A stretch of DNA of 59,017 nt, filler included, from Sphacelaria rigidula (Eukaryota), in NCBI GenBank assembly GCA_964200075.2. It is 6 parts of 6 records of this genome, joined end to end, with 100 filler letters (N's around TTAATTAATTAA, not from the genome) between each part and the next. Parts side by side here need not be neighbours in the genome. Positions count along the whole stretch, not along the records: positions 49,266 to 59,017 come from CAXNAA020007840.1; 5 more parts are not named here. The stretch is one strand, 5' to 3'. Positions 52,401 to 59,017 of this stretch are shown piece after piece. Positions within the stretch are counted from its first letter, which is position 1, and each line of letters starts with the position of its first letter. The notes under the pieces are model-generated. The model was not told the DNA's origin, did no database searches, and saw only the letters and a program-made list of their open reading frames with translations. A program made the translations under genes and the position numbers.

Positions 52401-53370
52401 GATTAAGCGGGAGCTTTAAGGAGGGGAGGGAGGAGATGGAAGAACGCGTAACCAGCTTGTACCGAATTGAACATGGCGGAAGTGGCAGGACCCCCATCAT
52501 CTTCCGTTGTATTATTTTTCTACTAATAAGAACTGCTGACTCCAACGCACCCCTCCCCCCGAGGTGTGGTGTGTTATGTGGTGCTTTTCCTCTTGTGCCT
52601 ATTATACTCGTACGAAAGCTGTCCCTCTAGAGGTATAAGGTTAGAATCCTGCGACTCGTATCGCTTTGGCTGGAGATCGTGGCTCTCGAGTTCGACTCCC
52701 TTTTTGTTTGACCTCGCGTGTTGAGTGGGTCAATGGGCCCTGCCTCTGGTAGGTAGCCCGAATGGTGGCTTATAACATCGGAACTTGGAGGGCTAGCAGT
52801 ATTTTTTTCGTTTCTTTTTCTCTTATTTTTTGGTATTTTTTCATTTCTTTTGCATCGCGTCTGTGTAATTGTTTCTTGGCCCGATTTGATTTTTTCATTT
52901 TATTTTATTCCAGCGTGGGGTAGTTGGCCTGTGACCACAGAAGGCGTCCGCAGCAGATACCCAATACAGAGTACTGCGCAGATGTCAGAACGGTTTTTGG
53001 TGTAAAGACAATAGCATCAACAACAACAGTCCCCGAAGGGTTAACCCTCAGACAGCGACCCCCCTGCAGGTGGACTGAGCTGGAGTATGCCACATTTAGA
53101 GTTCAGACCAGCTCTTTTCTCGCTACACAAAACGCATTCTTCATGAACATGTGGATATTTGGCATCTGTACAGAAGATAATCCGGGAGAACCCCTGACCA
53201 GTTTTGACCCTGCAATCAATCGCGTGCGGAGTCAGCATGTATGTGTGTTGTATGTCTTCGCTGGATACGACGAGAGACAGTCAGGGTGGCATCGCTACCC
53301 ACTGAACGTGATCTACTGCATGCTGCTGATGTCTCCGCTTCGTGTTCCACAACAATACTACAGACAGAGC

Positions 53371-53971
53371 GAAGCTATGCTGGCAACGCGTGAGGGGTCA
53401 CGCAGGCGGCATAGACCCCGAGCAGAGTAAAAATCACGTCATTCGTGCCCATGTAATATATGTTGGAATTACCATGACCAAAATGATGAATACCGCTAAA
53501 TAGCAAAGGAGTCCATCTGTAGTTCATCTGTAGGGGAACAACGGGATCATTTTGACAGCGATGATTGGTCAGGACAGTCATCCTGCGTGTCTAAGGTCTC
53601 GTTCCAGCTCAGAATTTCCCGCTGGAAACTTCCGAGCGCACATGGTTCACTTGTTGAGAGGGGGAGGAAGATGGCTGTCCACAAAGCGGCCGGGAAGCTC
53701 AAGTAAACCATGTGTGTTTGAAAGTTTGCCGCGGAAGATTTTAAGCCAAGATCTAGGCCCGAGAGGCGCACACTTACTGTTGTGACCAATCACGGCCATT
53801 GAAATGAGCACGTTTTCCCCCTGCAGGTCGACTTCTTCGCTGTCTAACGGTATTTGTCATTTCGGTCATGGCAATCCAAACATAAATCACATGAGCCCAA
53901 ATGACATTTTGTGTACTCTGCTGGTAGTCTCCGCCGCCCATTTGACGCCTCGTGTGTTGCCAGCACAACTT
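53371..53971. repeat. Diverged inverted repeat with arms of about 200 bp (53371-53578 and 53777-53971)
   Basis: GAAGCTATGCTGGCAACGCGTGAGG...GATTGGTCAGGACAG aligns with the reverse complement of CTGTTGTGACCAATC...GTGTTGCCAGCACAACTTC. Confidence 0.75.
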
Positions 53972-56900
53972 CACACGATCTGTAGTGTTGTGGAAAATTG
54001 AGGAGAGGAGTCACCAGCATACAATGAAGATGTGTTCAGTGGGAGGGCGATGAATCGATGACTGTTCCTTGCCGTTGTGTCCAGCGAAGACACACCGCAC
54101 ATGTTCTGACCCCGCACGCTATAAACTACACGGTCAAGACCGGTCAGGCGTTCTCCGGAACTTTTTTCTATTTAGATGCCCAGCATTCGCATCGATTATG
54201 CGTTTTGTAGAGCGAGCAAAGAGCTGTTGTGAACCAATTTCCGGTTGGTTCTGCCAGAAGAATACTACAGCAACCGGACCGCCCTTGTCGTCATGGGACC
54301 GTCGTGGTATCCGGACATGGAAGTCTGGCACTGTCTGGAAGGAGAAGTTGTCCCCTCCCGAACAGCCCCGTAGTTGTCCTTGACACAAAGTGCTGCCTTG
54401 CTCGACACGGCGTATAAAAGCCTCTCTTGATGGAAATCTCGACCGACAGGCGTCCGATGTAAACAAAAATGCTGGCAAGATCTGCCCCCGCCTCCGCGCG
54501 GATTTTGTGTCGTTCCCGTCTAGAATTGTCATTAAAATGTGATCTTATTTTGAGAATCACCGCAGCATCGCGCATAATCATCTTCTCAAGCCCACGTGGC
54601 GCACGAAGCGCCTCCGTTCGCCGAAGCTGCTGAATCAACACCCACCTGCGGCTTCAAGCTGCACATACGTTGAGTTTCAGTATCATCCTAAGCCAGGTGT
54701 GCTGTGTTTTGGCGCCTAATCTCCAAAAATATCGCCGTCATATTATTGAAGAACAACCCTGTCAAGGCAAGAATCAAGATCCAGTTTTCAGTGAAACGTC
54801 TAGTATCTCGAGGAAAGAAGAAAAACTTCCTGTCTCAGGGATCATTCTCTCGTTATGCCGTATTCATCCTCCATACCAATATTTGAAAGTCCAACTCTCA
54901 AATTGAGGTGAGAGGGGACCTGAAACCTACAAATCAGCTTCTAGGCTGGACCAGCTCGTACCACGTTGTTTTCTGTCTTCGAAATAATTCGGACGTGGAT
55001 AATGACAGTTGACGCGATGCGCGAAATTCCGAAGATTTTTGTTTGCACTACGTAGGATGAGCATAAAATTTAGTTTTCCACGAGGAGTCACTGATTTATC
55101 CCCCTTCACCTCCTCACGGACCGTGTTTTTTCGGGGGGAACACCGATTTTTCGTCGTCCTCTCCGATTTCCCATAGCTGTTTCCCATTTCTTATACGAGC
55201 TGGGCCAGTCGTCGAACGTTCAACCCGCGGGCAGGCAACAACTTCTTCAGTTTTCCGAACCAGCCCGTTCTTAGTAGATCGTTGTGATCTGCGGGCAAAC
55301 CGGGTTATGCACGGCATCGCCGATGTTCGATTGGCGCAGTTTTGGCGATGGTGTTATTATGCCGCGTTATGTACCCGGTGCGTATCATCTAGTGGCGTGA
55401 AAGCGTGTTCTGACTCTTCTTTTTTTTCATGTATAACGCGGTGGAATCACGTCTGACAACTTTGACACCCACAGTCAAGAGAACACTGGGAATGCTGCAA
55501 GATGGCATCAAGCTCGTCGGCAACTCCATCATGAGAGAATACCTCCGAGTCGATTGTCACATACAACGAGCACAGTACAGTCACAAGTATCCAACTGGCA
55601 TCAGGCTGCAACGCTTTTACTCGATCCAATCTCCGATGATAACGGATTTTGTTCGCAGTTGGGAGAGGAAAAGTGCTGACGGTGATTTTCTGCAACTGGA
55701 CTCCGTGAAAATATCCACGAACACCGTTTTCTTTTTTTCAAGTCGTATTTTTGTCCAGAGGCAGTTCTCGAAATGTCTTGAGCCGAGCGTATCGGAAAGA
55801 TGCGCGAGATCCGTCGGTGGGCTGATGCGAAGTGCCCACGACGTGTTATACGGGCGATATGCTCCGTTTGGGGTTCGAAGTCCGTGTCAAATTTCTCCAA
55901 GTGGAAAATGCGCCCCCCCCTGCCCCCCCCCCCTCCCCTCCGTGCTCCGTCTCGAAAGGGATGCGTGGTCAATGGTCAAGTGACTAAGGCAAGCAACAAA
56001 TGAGTACGCCCCCCTCCCCTCCCCGCCCCTCCCCTCCCCAATGATATGAACCGTAAGGAAGGGTCTATTGCCTCAGAGTAAGCCATGCATCACCTATCAG
56101 CCGAAGAAAAACAGAAGAAAAATGTTGTTTACAAGCACTCCGACGGCGGCCTGCTAGAGGTTGAGCACTTGACTAAATCTGGTCCCGTGAGACTCGGGAA
56201 GTTGCCGCGCGTGTTCCTGTTCAGCTTATGTTGGTTGTACCGAGGAATGATTCCTGTACCGAAAATGCGGCGATATTGCCGGTGCGTACGTACCATCCAG
56301 CTGGCCATTTTTTCGAGTTTTCCCGACATGAATAGTAACGTTTTTTTTGCGATAGTAACGTGATGCTGATGTGAACTCTGCTGGAGAATGACATGAAGAC
56401 ACGCGTAGACTGGCAGCCCCCAAACGCCCTCGCCCTCCTCCGGCTGTTTTTTTGGGGCAAAATACCTATTTATTCCTCGGGCTGTGTGCGTTGTGTGTCT
56501 TCATGGCATCTGTTCTGGAGGCCAGGCTGCACCTTCACCGGTAGATATGGGCGTATGATCCGGGGTCACACAGGAGGAAGGAAGGCTAGCACATGACTTT
56601 TTTTGTTTGGTGTGTAGCACTCGACCTTCCTCCGCGGTGATCACCTTCCTTTTACCGCAATAGGGGTGATTCTTTTTCCCTTGTCGACCGTGAATTTGAT
56701 TTTTTTTGTACCCCCGACATAGTTGCTCTCCACTGATGATGTTACCTAGATCGAACGCACCCCCCCCCAACCGTCAGAGTGTTTCGGTGCTACCAACTGA
56801 GCCACTGGGGTAACCAGTCCGTGTCGGGAAATCCACTCATGCTCCCTCTGTTTGTGCTGTTCCTTCTTTTCGCCTCGCGCCACCGACATTTATTGCTCAG

Positions 56901-59017
56901 GCCCATCGGGTGCCCCCAGTTGACGTGAAAACAGGCACGGGCACATTCAGAGGAGCTAGCCCAGTCGGTCAGTCAGCGCTTATGGACACATATGATGAAC
57001 CTCTCGTTGTGGGAAAAGGTACCATAAATAGCGAAGCCGAGGTGTTGAGAAGGTCGTCATATGTCACCGGCAGCGGCAAGCGTGTGGGCAGGAGAACGCA
57101 GACACTGCAACGCTCGCCAAGTGAGGGTCATGTATCGTATAAGATTGTGAATATCACGCGTACGTGGTATAACCCCCCCCCCCCTCCTCTCTATTGACTC
57201 CTCTCGAAAGGGATGCGTGGTCAATGGTCATATGACTATGGCATGCAAAATCATGTGTACAACCCCCCCCCCCCCCCCTGCCGAAAAGTGAGTGATTTGA
57301 GGGGGCAAAAATTACATGAAGCGTAAAATGACGAAAGACGAAAACATCGACCGGCTGAGAACTCTCGCACTTGGGGTCGTTTTCGCCAGTGCCGCCCATG
57401 TGAGGCGCCCCATGCAGTCTGGAACAGGCTTCATGCGCTATGTGATCATTATCTTCGCGACAAAACTGGGGCTGTTTTTTGGGGGGGAGGGGGGGAGGGG
57501 GACTATCGCGGTATTCATCACTGGTGACGCACCCATGAGGCAGTGCAAAAGCCGTGGTTATCTCTGGAAGTGGCGATACCACAGAATAAAGCAACGTACA
57601 GTGCTGCAACACCACACTGCTCTTCTTTTCCATCTTACAAACGTGTCGTGTCCCTTCTTCCCTGCCCTAGGCGGAGGTTCAGGCCAGCGAAGGCATCGGG
57701 GAGACAGAGTATCCGACTCCACCAGCGGCCGGTATGTCGGACACCACTCGAGTTTTCGAGGGAGCACAACGTTTCCAGGCATCCCTGGAGTATGGCACGG
57801 AGAGGTGAGTGTACGAGAGCGGATATTATCCCGTAAAACGGGTGTGATGAAGTGCTACATCGGAGACTCGTTACATTATCATGTGTTGCTTGCCTTGGTC
57901 GTTTGATCTTTGACCATGCATCCCCTTCAAGATGGAGCACCGTTCCTACCCCGAGTGAAGATATCTCCAACATTTTGGGCGCCCATTGCGTTTTTTTCTG
58001 TAGATAATGTAAAAGAACCCTTTGCATATCTTACCCACTGCCTTATTCGCCGTCTGTGGCCGACGTCTGTCTCCTTGTGTAGCGATCGTCTTTCTCGCTA
58101 CTGTCCAATGTACCGAACGACTTCATGCCACCTTTCTCATCTACTTTCCTCATTCTCCCCTTCAACACATCTCGTTCCTCGTTGTATAGTTCACGTTCTC
58201 CCACTATACGGGTCTTACCATCTATTGACTTGCCACAAAGGCAATTCTGTGCATCTACTTACTCCACCTAGCCCCCCCACAAGAGTGTTCTGGGTATAGG
58301 GTAAATACCCGGGTATGTTGCGATGGTCCAATCTCCGAACTCATCCCAAATATAGGGTACTGCTTTTTTTTATCGCATTACTCTACCCAATATCTGGGCG
58401 TTGTTGAGTACGGTCTCCGTACTCTACCCCCAAGTTTTGAGCGCCGAAAAGTACGATTTTTGGAAATACCCGAATGCAGGGAATACCGTTCCCCACGCAC
58501 CCTTGAACCCGTACTATTACAAGAAAATATTTGTACTTGTGATGGCAGGTCTATGTGTGTGTTGTCGTCTCATCTATTCTGGGCGCCAGTCTACACCTTT
58601 CGGTATATGTGGACGCATCAGCCGGGGTCGCACAGGAGGAAGGTCAAAGCAGGAGATTTTCTTTTTTGTTGGTTTTGAGCACTCCGCATTTCTTCTGTGG
58701 TGCTTACCTTCTTATTTTTTCATCGTGAGAGGGGTTTAGCAGTCTCTTTCCCTCGTCGACCGTTAAGTAGAACTTTCTCCTCCACCGTACGTGTAAATCG
58801 AGATTCAGACGAAGACATCCGCTCTTTCCGATGTCAGCGCACAGCGGCCGAGGGGTACGCACTCCCGTAGACCAGAGACCTTGAACCCAGAGGGGTAAGG
58901 AACCCCTTGACATGCTTGATATCCCGGTTGGATGAACATTTTTGCGGACGGGGAGGGGGGGGGGGTACTCATTTGTTGCTCGCCTTATTCGTTTGACCCT
59001 GGACCCCGCATCCCTTT

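Noticed and set aside
57316-57906. 196-aa ORF
   Set aside because: It is built from dispersed-repeat fragments (for example 57385-57430 matches about 36607-36655) and has no domain signature.

Overview
Eukaryotic, intron-rich DNA, most likely from a brown alga (Phaeophyceae), judging by EsV-1-7 cysteine repeats, an ASAF-type bipartite plastid signal and long repeat-filled introns. The window is not one locus. It is six independent contigs of 9754, 9753, 9753, 9753, 9752 and 9752 bp joined by 100-bp N/TTAATTAATTAA linkers, so adjacency across linkers means nothing. Contig 1 holds a young non-autonomous LTR element nested in a foldback element. Contig 2 holds two exons of an EsV-1-7-repeat protein. 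Contig 3 is mostly transposon debris, plus one orphan exon and a large palindrome. Contig 4 holds SDHB exons 1-4 head-to-head with a mitochondrial lipoyl-domain (DLST/E2o-like) gene. Contig 5 holds the first exon of a plastid-targeted protein head-to-head with a complete 3-exon small membrane-protein gene. Contig 6 holds a decayed LINE and repeats. The main discovery is that the contig-5 membrane-protein gene has an in-frame TGA near its C-terminus (...PPPS-U-RGPGAC-stop), a hairpin enclosing that TGA, and a canonical type-2 SECIS about 870 nt downstream. It is therefore a predicted 112-aa SelK/SelS-like selenoprotein with a FAM241/DUF4605-like N-terminus that the ORF track truncates.
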